From Bacteroidales bacterium (GTDB taxonomy: Bacteria; Bacteroidota; Bacteroidia; Bacteroidales; 4484-276): 64,000 bases of DNA. Positions 19,221-28,544 of this stretch are shown here, one piece after another. The notes below the pieces were generated by a model that ran no database searches, was not told where the DNA came from, and saw only the letters and a list, made by a program, of their open reading frames with translations. Made by a program: the position numbers and the translations under genes. The first letter of the stretch is position 1. Each line of letters opens with the position of its first letter. Where the stretch lies: the NCBI GenBank assembly GCA_036794825.1, contig DAIRGA010000012.1, positions 60,489 through 124,488 on the forward strand, given 5' to 3'.

Positions 19221-22200
19221 ATGAAAAATTGGTTTCTAAATCTCAGGATAAGACATCGTTTGAATACCATGACCGCCGTTTCGCTCCTGAGCATTTTTTT
19301 GATCGGGTACGCCTCCTGGTATTTTTTCAGGACTACCAAGGTGCTGACGCTCGTACTCACCGAGCAACGTATCCACGATGTGAATTACCGCAGCGGTTTG
19401 CAATTGTTTTACGAATATTTGCAGGATAAAAATCCCCAGACGCTCCAGCGGGCTTACCACCATCTTGATTCGGCAGCTCACATTGCCTTTATCTTCAGCA
19501 AATCAAAGGAATACCACCATCAAAAGACTTTCGACCAATATGTTGATGTTTTGCTGGAGACCTATGGCCCGACAATAAGTTACAGGCGGGCTGATGCAGT
19601 GCTGCTGGTCAGTCGTTTTAAGCTGATGATGCGAATGGACAATCCGCAAATGAATGATGCGCTGGCTATTGCAGATGAAGCCTACCGAAACGGAGTTAAG
19701 GTGAAAGAGGCTATATCAGGTTATCTTGAAAATCCGGACAAAGCGGAAGTTTTCGAGCAGCTTGAAAGTGCCAAACATGAGATGTCATTGATGGAGGTCA
19801 GGTTTGCCGAAGCAATCGCCAAACTCAATAATTTTGTTATTAACCTTTTGTTGATCAGTATTTTACTGATTTCAGCATTGCTTGGCATCATCACATTCAT
19901 ATCGTCACGGGTAATTTCGGCCACCATTGCCAAACCAATTATGAAAGTGGTTGAAAACCTGAGAAGCCTTGCCTCCGGCGACCTCTCAACCGAGATGGTA
20001 AATGAAACCCGGGATGAAATCGGCAAACTTCAGTCATCTTTTATTGAGTTGCAATCCAGCCTGAAACAAAAAACAGACGTGGCGACAGCCATCGCCGGCG
20101 GAAATTTCCTGCAAAAAGCAACTCTTCAAAGCGATAAAGATATTCTCGCACTGGCAATCAACCAGATCGTCATAAACTTTAGCGAAGTTATCGAACAGGC
20201 CAACCGCATCGCGCAGGGAAACCTGGAAACTGCTATCACCATGCGGTCAAATCAGGATGAGCTTGGTCAGGCGTTGATTACCATGACAACTGAGCTGAAA
20301 AAATCGAACGAAGAAAAACTCAAACAACTCTGGATCAAAAACAACCAGTCGGAGCTCAACGACATAATCCGCGGAGAACAGGAGGTTACCGACCTCAGCC
20401 GGAAAATCATCAGCAAAATGTGCCAGATCCTGGGCGCTGGTATCGGTGCAATTTACCTCAAGGACGATGAAGGCGTTTTCAGACTAACAGGCAGCTATGC
20501 CTTCAAGTACCGGAAAAATGTAAAAACCGGATACGAATCGGGCGAAGGGATTGTAGGACAGGCGGTTCTCGAAAAGCAAACCATCATTATGTCGCAGTTG
20601 CCCGAAGATTATCTCGCCATTAATTCGGGATTGGGTGAGGCGCCGCCGCGGAATCTTATGGTTACACCCTGCATTTTCAACGACGAAGTGATTGCTGTAA
20701 TCGAGCTGGGTTCTTTCGATCTGTTCACTGAAAGCCAGGTAAATTTTATTTCCATCATCAGCCAGACAGTAGCAATCGGGCTGCACACTTCGCGCAGCCG
20801 TGCCGAGCTGGAAAAGCTCCTCAACAAAACCCAGCAACAGGCCGAAGAGCTTCAGGTTCAGCAGGAAGAACTTCGCCAGGCCAATGAGGAGCTGCAGGAA
20901 CAAACCCGCGCCCTCAAGGAATCGGAGCAGCAGCTTCAAACCCAGCAGGAAGAGTTGCGAGTTACCAACGAAGAACTGCAGGAACGTACTCATGCCATCG
21001 AAAAACAACGCGACGACATCCGCCAAAAGAATGAAATTTTGAAACAAGCACAGCTCGAGATCGAGCAGAAAGCCCGAGATCTGGAGCTGGCAAGTCGCTA
21101 TAAATCAGAGTTTCTGGCAAATATGTCTCACGAGTTGCGAACCCCGCTCAACAGCATTTTGGTGCTTTCGCAGGTGATGGCCAACAACAAAACCGGGAAT
21201 CTTACCGAAAAACAGATCCAATCGGCCAAAACCATTCATTCTTCCGGAGCCAGCCTGTTGTCGTTAATCAACGAAATCCTCGATCTGTCAAAAATCGAAT
21301 CCGGAAAATTGCAGATCAATGTCGAAAAAATTGTGCTAACCAGCTTCACGCACGACATCCGCGAGATATTTACACCGCTGGCCATGGATAAAGGACTGGA
21401 ATTTTCAGTTAATATTCACGAAAAAGCGCCGGAATATATCCAAAGCGACAACCTGAGGGTGCAGCAAATCATCCGGAATCTGCTCTCCAATTCCATTAAA
21501 TTTACCAGCCAGGGAAGTGTAAAACTTAATGTTTACAAGCCCGAACCCAATCAGATTAACCAGCCAAAGGGCATCGAACCGGGCGACATGATTGTGTTTG
21601 AGGTGGAAGATACCGGTATAGGCGTACCAGCCGAGCAACAAGAGGTTATTTTTCAGGCTTTTACGCAGGCTGATGGAACTACCTCCCGAAAGTTTGGCGG
21701 AACCGGACTGGGTTTGACTATCTCGAAAAACCTTGCTCATATTCTGGGCGGTGAAATTACCCTTGAGAGTGCACCCGAAAAAGGATCAGTGTTCAGGCTT
21801 TGGCTCCCGGTTACCTTCACCGGAAAACAGACGGAAAAGAGAGTAAATCCGGTCATTAAACCAGTTGCACAGCCTGAAGCGCATGCGGTTGATTATCCAG
21901 CATCCATTCGTGAAGAACTAAAGCACCTACAGAAAAAACCTGTTATGGAATATAACAACGGGAATAATGACGGTCCTAAAGATGACCGGAAAATGATCAA
22001 TAAAGGCGATAAATTTATTCTTGTCATTGAAGACGATCACAGTTTTGCAAAAATACTCTACGACCTGGCGCACGAAAAAGGTTTCAAATGCCTGATTGCA
22101 CCAAACGGCGAAACAGGTCTTCATTATGCTGATTACTATAAACCGGACGCCATTATTCTCGATATCGGCCTTCCCGGAATTGATGGCTGGCAGGTGATGG

Positions 22201-23180
22201 ACCGGCTGAAGGACAACCCGGAAACCAGGCACATCCCGGTTCATTTTATGTCGGGAAAGGATAAAAGCCTGGATGCCATGAAAATGGGAGCCATAGGATT
22301 TCTTACCAAACCCATCAGTTTAGAACAACTCGAAGAGGCTTTTGCGAAAATTGAAGCATATATCTCCAAACCATTCAAAAGACTACTCGTTGTGGAGGAT
22401 GATGACAACATGCGCAAAGCCATTGTCGAACTTATTGATGACAAGGACGTTACCATTACATCAGTTCCCACTGGCTCACAAGCAATTGACCAAATCCGAA
22501 AACAGGATTTCGATTGCATCATCCTTGACCTCGGGCTCAAAGACATGCCAGGTGACGAGTTGCTCAAAATGATCGGAAAGAAGGGCGAAAACAGTTACAT
22601 CCCGGTTATCATCTACACCGGAAAAGAGCTCAGCCGCGACGAAGAAGACCGTTTGCTTCAGTATTCTGACCGTATCATTATAAAGGGTGTAAAATCGCCG
22701 GAACGACTGCTTGCCGAAACCACGCTCTTCCTTCACCGTGTCGAATCCAGCCTCCCCGAAGAGAAGCAACAGATGCTCCGGGTAGCGCATCAGAAGGAAG
22801 ACATAATGAAGGACAAAAAGATCCTTATTGTGGATGATGACATGCGCAACGTGTTTGCTCTCAGTAGTTTATTAGAAGAGAAAGGACTTCGGATCGAAGT
22901 AGGCCGAAACGGGAAGGAAGGGCTGACCAAACTGGAACAAAACCCGGATATCAGCCTGGTTCTCATGGACATCATGATGCCCGAGATGGATGGATACGAA
23001 GCCATCAGAAGAATCAGAAAAAATACACGACTCAGCAAATTGCCGGTGATTGCTCTCACTGCCAAAGCCATGCAGGGCGACCGCGATAAATGCATTGAAG
23101 CCGGCGCCAACGACTACCTTACCAAACCGGTGGACACCGCTAAGCTACTCTCACTGATCAGAGTATGGCTATATCAGTAA
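19221..23180 (+). CDS. Membrane hybrid histidine kinase (sensor-HAMPs-GAF-coiled coil-HisKA-HATPase-3xREC)
   Basis: Two TM helices, HAMP motifs (TRDEIGKL, NQDELG), GAF, Q/E-rich heptads, FLANMSHELRTPL, GGTGLGL, three REC domains; ATG 19221. Confidence 0.93.
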   Translation: MKNWFLNLRIRHRLNTMTAVSLLSIFLIGYASWYFFRTTKVLTLVLTEQRIHDVNYRSGLQLFYEYLQDKNPQTLQRAYHHLDSAAHIAFIFSKSKEYHHQKTFDQYVDVLLETYGPTISYRRADAVLLVSRFKLMMRMDNPQMNDALAIADEAYRNGVKVKEAISGYLENPDKAEVFEQLESAKHEMSLMEVRFAEAIAKLNNFVINLLLISILLISALLGIITFISSRVISATIAKPIMKVVENLRSLASGDLSTEMVNETRDEIGKLQSSFIELQSSLKQKTDVATAIAGGNFLQKATLQSDKDILALAINQIVINFSEVIEQANRIAQGNLETAITMRSNQDELGQALITMTTELKKSNEEKLKQLWIKNNQSELNDIIRGEQEVTDLSRKIISKMCQILGAGIGAIYLKDDEGVFRLTGSYAFKYRKNVKTGYESGEGIVGQAVLEKQTIIMSQLPEDYLAINSGLGEAPPRNLMVTPCIFNDEVIAVIELGSFDLFTESQVNFISIISQTVAIGLHTSRSRAELEKLLNKTQQQAEELQVQQEELRQANEELQEQTRALKESEQQLQTQQEELRVTNEELQERTHAIEKQRDDIRQKNEILKQAQLEIEQKARDLELASRYKSEFLANMSHELRTPLNSILVLSQVMANNKTGNLTEKQIQSAKTIHSSGASLLSLINEILDLSKIESGKLQINVEKIVLTSFTHDIREIFTPLAMDKGLEFSVNIHEKAPEYIQSDNLRVQQIIRNLLSNSIKFTSQGSVKLNVYKPEPNQINQPKGIEPGDMIVFEVEDTGIGVPAEQQEVIFQAFTQADGTTSRKFGGTGLGLTISKNLAHILGGEITLESAPEKGSVFRLWLPVTFTGKQTEKRVNPVIKPVAQPEAHAVDYPASIREELKHLQKKPVMEYNNGNNDGPKDDRKMINKGDKFILVIEDDHSFAKILYDLAHEKGFKCLIAPNGETGLHYADYYKPDAIILDIGLPGIDGWQVMDRLKDNPETRHIPVHFMSGKDKSLDAMKMGAIGFLTKPISLEQLEEAFAKIEAYISKPFKRLLVVEDDDNMRKAIVELIDDKDVTITSVPTGSQAIDQIRKQDFDCIILDLGLKDMPGDELLKMIGKKGENSYIPVIIYTGKELSRDEEDRLLQYSDRIIIKGVKSPERLLAETTLFLHRVESSLPEEKQQMLRVAHQKEDIMKDKKILIVDDDMRNVFALSSLLEEKGLRIEVGRNGKEGLTKLEQNPDISLVLMDIMMPEMDGYEAIRRIRKNTRLSKLPVIALTAKAMQGDRDKCIEAGANDYLTKPVDTAKLLSLIRVWLYQ

Positions 23181-24022
23181 AAGAACATATTGACCCCGTT
23201 TCCGAAAGCGAACTCATTGAGATAGAACTGTTTCTTCAGGCTATCCACATGAAATTTGGCTATGATTTCCGGAATTATGGAAAAGCGCACATCCGTCGCA
23301 GAATCAGGCATCGGATGGTAGCATCGGGATTTAGTTCGGTGAGCGAAATGACCCATAAACTTTTGTATGATTCCTTCTTTTATCAGGAGGTTTTGCAGGA
23401 TTTGTCCATCACTGTTACTGAGATGTTTCGTGACCCCGAGTTTTATAAAGCGGTTCGTAATGAGGTGGTTCCGTTTTTAAAGACCTATCCTTTTGTAAAA
23501 ATCTGGCATGCCGGATGCGCTACTGGCGAGGAGGTGTACTCCATGGCGATTCTTTTGCTTGAAGAGGGTTTGCTCAACCGCGTGCAGATTTATGCTACCG
23601 ATTTCAACCAGATAGCCTTGCAAAAAGCCAAAGAGGGAATATACCCAATCGAGAAGATCAGGGAATATACCTTCAATTATCAGAAAAGCGCCGGCAAGTC
23701 GAGCTTTTCGGAGTATTACAATGCTTTGTACGGCTCGGTGAAAATGAACGAATCGCTGAAAAAAAACATCGTATTTGCCGATCACAACCTGGTTACCGAT
23801 GGTGTATTTGGAGAAATGCACCTGGTAATTTGCCGTAACGTTTTGATCTACTTTGACAGAGACCTTCAGAACAAGGTGATCAATTTGTTTTATGAGAGCC
23901 TGATCCCTGGCGGTATGCTGTGCCTGGGAAGTAAGGAGAGCCTGCTTTTTACCGATAAAGCAACTGCATTTGACACCATTTCGGAGAAGGAAAAAATTTA
24001 CAGAAGAAAGTTTATCAAATAA
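23165..24022 (+). CDS. cheR: CheR-type protein-glutamate O-methyltransferase
   Basis: ITVTEMFRD, IWHAGCATGEEVYS, ATDF, ICRNVLIYF; overlaps the kinase stop by 16 nt. Confidence 0.93.
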   Translation: MAISVKEHIDPVSESELIEIELFLQAIHMKFGYDFRNYGKAHIRRRIRHRMVASGFSSVSEMTHKLLYDSFFYQEVLQDLSITVTEMFRDPEFYKAVRNEVVPFLKTYPFVKIWHAGCATGEEVYSMAILLLEEGLLNRVQIYATDFNQIALQKAKEGIYPIEKIREYTFNYQKSAGKSSFSEYYNALYGSVKMNESLKKNIVFADHNLVTDGVFGEMHLVICRNVLIYFDRDLQNKVINLFYESLIPGGMLCLGSKESLLFTDKATAFDTISEKEKIYRRKFIK

Positions 24023-24030
24023 CCCTTCCA

Positions 24031-24612
24031 ATGAATTACAAGGCGGTGGTCATCGGCGCTTCGGCAGGCGGAATTACAGCATTGGGAAAAATACTGCCGC
24101 GCCTTCCACGCGATTTTGCTTTGCCGGTTCTGATTGTGCAACACATCAGCCCCAACTCCGATAACTTCATGGTACGTTACTTCGACCGCCTTTGCCAGCT
24201 AAAAGTAAAAGAAGCAGATGAAAAAGAAGAAATTAGGCCGGGTACGGTCTATTTTGCCCCGCCAAACTACCATCTTTTAGTCGAAACAGACTTCACCATT
24301 TCACTTTCTGTTGACGAACGGGTGAACTTTTCCCGTCCGTCAATTGATGTTCTATTCGAGTCGGCAGCTGATGCGTGGTGTTCGCACCTGATCGGAATTA
24401 TCATCACCGGCGCCAGCAGCGATGGCAGCAAGGGGTTGCAAAGGATTGGAAAATGCGGGGGATTGACCATTGTGCAGGACCCCGCCGAAGCCGAATCGTC
24501 CATGATGCCCGAATCAGCCATCAAAATTGCCAACGTTGATAAAATACTGAAACTGAATGAAATCGCTGACCTTTTGCTGCAAATCCATCAGCAACTCCAG
24601 CATAATAATTAG
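24031..24612 (+). CDS. cheB: CheB-type methylesterase (no REC domain)
   Basis: Catalytic motifs GASAGG, VQH, RPSIDVLF, TGASSDG, MPESA. Confidence 0.93.
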   Translation: MNYKAVVIGASAGGITALGKILPRLPRDFALPVLIVQHISPNSDNFMVRYFDRLCQLKVKEADEKEEIRPGTVYFAPPNYHLLVETDFTISLSVDERVNFSRPSIDVLFESAADAWCSHLIGIIITGASSDGSKGLQRIGKCGGLTIVQDPAEAESSMMPESAIKIANVDKILKLNEIADLLLQIHQQLQHNN

Positions 24613-24633
24613 ACCATCAACCTTTTTAAAACT

Positions 24634-25140
24634 ATGAATATCAAAAGCTTTCATGATTTCCACCCCGATGAACTCTATGCCATTTTCCGGCATGTTTATC
24701 TCACCTCTTCCTTTATGAGTGATGATTTCGACCTGAAGTTCAGCAGTTCGGTTCAGTTTAAAAACCATTACCAGAAATTACTTGAACAACCGGGTTCTTT
24801 TCTCCTGATAGCAATGGTGGGGGAAAAGCCGGCCGGTTACCTGGTTCTTGAGCCGAATTCTGCCCAAAACCTGAAGCACACGGCCTGGCTGAACATGGGA
24901 ATTATTGATCGTTTCCGGGGCCAGGGTATCGGGGTAAAACTGGTAGAGCAAGCTTATTATCGGGCAGCTTCCGAAGGGATTATCGAAATTATCTATCTTA
25001 TGGTTCGCAGCGATAATTTTGCAGCGCTTCAACTTTACAAAAAGACCGGTTTTGAGATGCTTGCCAGGTTGGAAAAAGACACCAAAATCGGAGATGAATA
25101 CTATGACGGGATACTGATGCGGAAATTCATTTTACATTGA
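24634..25140 (+). CDS. GNAT family N-acetyltransferase
   Basis: FRGQGIG acetyl-CoA motif, N.AALQLYKKTGF. Confidence 0.88.
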   Translation: MNIKSFHDFHPDELYAIFRHVYLTSSFMSDDFDLKFSSSVQFKNHYQKLLEQPGSFLLIAMVGEKPAGYLVLEPNSAQNLKHTAWLNMGIIDRFRGQGIGVKLVEQAYYRAASEGIIEIIYLMVRSDNFAALQLYKKTGFEMLARLEKDTKIGDEYYDGILMRKFILH

Positions 25141-25164
25141 TTCATACAATTCCCGGTCTGCTTT

Positions 25165-26871
25165 TTATTGGCTGCAATGGATAAAGTATTGCTGCCTGGC
25201 AGGGTTGTATTCATACATTGTCTTTAGCGCCTGGCCAAAATTTCCGCCCACAACATAGATTTTTTCTCCGATGCTAACCGACCCAAAGTAAGATCGGGGT
25301 GATGGAAGGGAGGCGGTTTCTTTCCACTCATTGGTCAAAGGATAATATTCAAGTGTCGTTGTACCAAAGCTGTATGCATCTCCACCTCCAATAAGGTAAA
25401 TCCTGCTGTTGGCTGATGCTCCGCTACATCCGGCGCGGTAACCCGGCATTGGGTAAAGCGTGGTCCAAGTGTTTGACGAAGGAGAATAATATTCATTCAC
25501 ATTCAGAATATCCTGGTTCCATCCGCCGATTATGTAAATTCCATCATTCAAAGTAACAGTAGTGAAGTCGGTTCTGGCGGTTGTCATTGCAGTTTTATCG
25601 ACCCAGGTATTGTTTCCAGGATCAAACATCTGATTTGTACTCAACGCGGCATTGTTGAAGTAACCCCCAATTAGATAGATTTTTCCTTCCACCACGGTAG
25701 CTCCGCTTCCCGATCTTGCCTGGGGAAGGTTTGTGGCCAGCGACCACGAATTGGTAGTGATATTATAAACCTGGTTCCGGTTGGTTATGGTTGATCCCGT
25801 GTAACCACCTAACACATAAATCTGGTTGCCAACCAGAGCTCCCGCCGCATAAACCACTGCCGTATTCATGTTGGATTTCCGCGTCCAAACGCCGGAATTT
25901 GTGTCATACTCCTCAACAATGTTACTCACCGACCCAATACCATCCCATCCGCCCATTACATAAATCTTGCTTCCGGTGGCCACTACCACAGCACCATATC
26001 TGGCATAGCCCATCGAGGGCATCTCTTTCCACTGGTCGCCAGCATAAAAGCTGTTCCCAGAATAAGTATATCCTGCAGGCGGGCTCGGATTAAGGCTTTG
26101 AATGCAACCCCCGGGAGGTACAATCGAATTGGTTGGAACGGGCAGTTTTACAAATCCTCCATTGGAAAGGAATATCGTATCGTTGGCAATCGAAATTACC
26201 TGAAGTTCGTTGGAAGAACTGTTGTCGAAGTCTGATACATCAATATTTACAGTATTTCCACCAGAAATCTGCAGCTGCCTTACGGTTCCTAGAGCAGTTG
26301 CTGAAAGTGTCTGATTGTCGGCATCACTGACTGATCCACCTCCGGGATTTAGCGCTATGACATTTCCGTTTTTGGATATGGTTTGTAGCTCATTTATGTT
26401 GCTCAAATCGCCGCTGTTCGCTATAATTTTGTCCGAAATGGTTATGCCCTCCCCCGGAAAATACTCGGCGCCACCGTCGCCGGCAAACAATGCGTAAGGC
26501 ACAGAAAGTAGCTGGCTTTGTCCTGCAAGCACGAAATTTCGACCACCATCTGGGTCGAATTCAATTTGGATTAAGTAAATGCCTTCTCCCCAGTTTATTT
26601 CAGAAATGGCTCCGTTTTGATTGTTCCCATTGCCTACCTGTAGATTGATTCTTCCAAGGTTATCTGTTGTAATTTCCTGAATCTCACTGTACTCAATTGT
26701 GCTTTGTATTGTGTCGGAAAGAATGCTGATGCGTAAGCTAACCGCTTCATTTACCATTGGGGTTCCATCTGAATTTCTTAAAATAGCCTGATATTGAAAC
26801 GCATTTGGAGATTGAGCCAATACCTGAAATTCAAGTAAGAGTATAAAAAATGTGATCAGCGTCTTTTCCAT
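25165..26871 (-). CDS. Secreted Kelch-repeat protein
   Basis: Signal peptide; N-terminal QSPNAFQYQAILRN domain; NELQ-type repeats; six Kelch blades (IYV.GG...Y.P...W). Confidence 0.85.
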   Translation of the reverse strand: MEKTLITFFILLLEFQVLAQSPNAFQYQAILRNSDGTPMVNEAVSLRISILSDTIQSTIEYSEIQEITTDNLGRINLQVGNGNNQNGAISEINWGEGIYLIQIEFDPDGGRNFVLAGQSQLLSVPYALFAGDGGAEYFPGEGITISDKIIANSGDLSNINELQTISKNGNVIALNPGGGSVSDADNQTLSATALGTVRQLQISGGNTVNIDVSDFDNSSSNELQVISIANDTIFLSNGGFVKLPVPTNSIVPPGGCIQSLNPSPPAGYTYSGNSFYAGDQWKEMPSMGYARYGAVVVATGSKIYVMGGWDGIGSVSNIVEEYDTNSGVWTRKSNMNTAVVYAAGALVGNQIYVLGGYTGSTITNRNQVYNITTNSWSLATNLPQARSGSGATVVEGKIYLIGGYFNNAALSTNQMFDPGNNTWVDKTAMTTARTDFTTVTLNDGIYIIGGWNQDILNVNEYYSPSSNTWTTLYPMPGYRAGCSGASANSRIYLIGGGDAYSFGTTTLEYYPLTNEWKETASLPSPRSYFGSVSIGEKIYVVGGNFGQALKTMYEYNPARQQYFIHCSQ

Positions 26872-26940
26872 AATTATTTAGTTAAATGTTTGAACAAATG
26901 TCATTTTAGAGTGGAATTGAAAAGAATATTCCGGAAAGGA

Positions 26941-27840
26941 TCAGCTCTTTTTCTTCTTTTTTTTGGATAAATACTCTTCATACATCTGGTAGATCAGACC
27001 ATCAGCGAGCCCTATTTTGGGCACATGCACTGAATCAGCTTTGATAATACGGGTGATAAAACCAAAAACTTCTGCAGCCGGCAAGATAACATCTGCCCGG
27101 TCAGGCCGCAAACCAAGGATTTCTATCCGCTCTTTCAGGTCAAAGCTTTTCAGGTGATTCACGGCATGTTGAAGCCTTTCAACCGAGATGGTCATAGCAT
27201 CCGGCGAGCCGTAAATTTTTGCTAATTTATTGATGTTTCCGCCTGAACCAATCAGGTTGATCAGTCCAAAACTATCTTTAAACTGAATGAGCCACTCTTC
27301 AAGACTTACCCACTCCGATGGAGATACTTTATCGCTAATTAGACGTAAAGTTCCAATTTTGAATGAATTGGCAGCCAGTAGTTTGTGACTGGATGTAACC
27401 GATATTTCGGTGCTACCGCCCCCAAGGTCAACATACATGGTCAGTTTCTTTTCTGCAGGAAATGCATGATCGTCAGATGCTCTGATAATTGCTGCCTCTT
27501 CCAGCCCATCAACAATCCTGACATTTATTCCAGTCTGTTTTTTTATTTTCTTGATCAAATCTTCGCCGTTCACAGCCTCCCTTATGGCAGCGGTTGCGCA
27601 AGCTGTGAAAGACTCAGGTTTGTAAACGTCAATCAATAACCTGAATGCTTCGAGCGTTTTGATCAATTTTGACGCCCTCTCTTTTGAAATTTTGTTACTG
27701 TTGTATACATCAAGGCCAAGTCGGATTGGAATCCGGATCAACGTTGCCTTCTCCACCCTGATTTTCCCATCCTGCAAAAACGCATTTGAAAACAGCAACC
27801 TGACTGCGTTTGAGCCAATATCTATTGCGGCAAAAATCAT
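26941..27840 (-). CDS. ppx: Exopolyphosphatase Ppx/GppA family
   Basis: AAIDIGSNAVRL, ATAAIREAVNG, DLGGGSTE, GSGGN, LRPDRADVI, GLADG; start taken at MIFAA (27840). Confidence 0.92.
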   Translation of the reverse strand: MIFAAIDIGSNAVRLLFSNAFLQDGKIRVEKATLIRIPIRLGLDVYNSNKISKERASKLIKTLEAFRLLIDVYKPESFTACATAAIREAVNGEDLIKKIKKQTGINVRIVDGLEEAAIIRASDDHAFPAEKKLTMYVDLGGGSTEISVTSSHKLLAANSFKIGTLRLISDKVSPSEWVSLEEWLIQFKDSFGLINLIGSGGNINKLAKIYGSPDAMTISVERLQHAVNHLKSFDLKERIEILGLRPDRADVILPAAEVFGFITRIIKADSVHVPKIGLADGLIYQMYEEYLSKKKKKKS

Positions 27841-28046
27841 AATCGGAATTTTATCGTTTGTAATGCAAAGTAAATTGAAAATTGATGATACGGGAAATAA
27901 TTTCAAGTATCTGATTCAATGTTTTTATCAAAATCACCTTATGCTTATGAATAGGCAGGTTGGCAGAATCATCCGGACAGATACTCTATAATCGGGAAAA
28001 TTTTTTGATGAATAAAAATTTTTCTTGTACAAAAAGATAATACAAG

Positions 28047-28054
28047 TATCTTTG
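28047..28054 (+). promoter_or_regulatory. Bacteroidota -7 promoter box for tRNA-Val
   Basis: TATCTTTG about 35 nt upstream of the tRNA. Confidence 0.6.
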
Positions 28055-28089
28055 CAGCCCGTTTCACAAAAATAGTTCCTGAAAATAAT

Positions 28090-28407
<318 letters not shown>

Positions 28408-28505
28408 TACTTTACATGATTGATTTTGTGTTGTTTATCAGAATCTCTCGTCTTCCTGAAATCACTATCTATCTCGCGTTTTGCGAGTCTATTACGGCAA
28501 AAATG

Positions 28506-28513
28506 TATATTTG
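28506..28513 (+). promoter_or_regulatory. Bacteroidota -7 promoter box (TATATTTG)
   Basis: TAnnTTTG upstream of ATG 28545; supports this start over track start 28320. Confidence 0.55.
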
Positions 28514-28544
28514 CCGAACTAACATTTGCTCTAAAACACACAAG

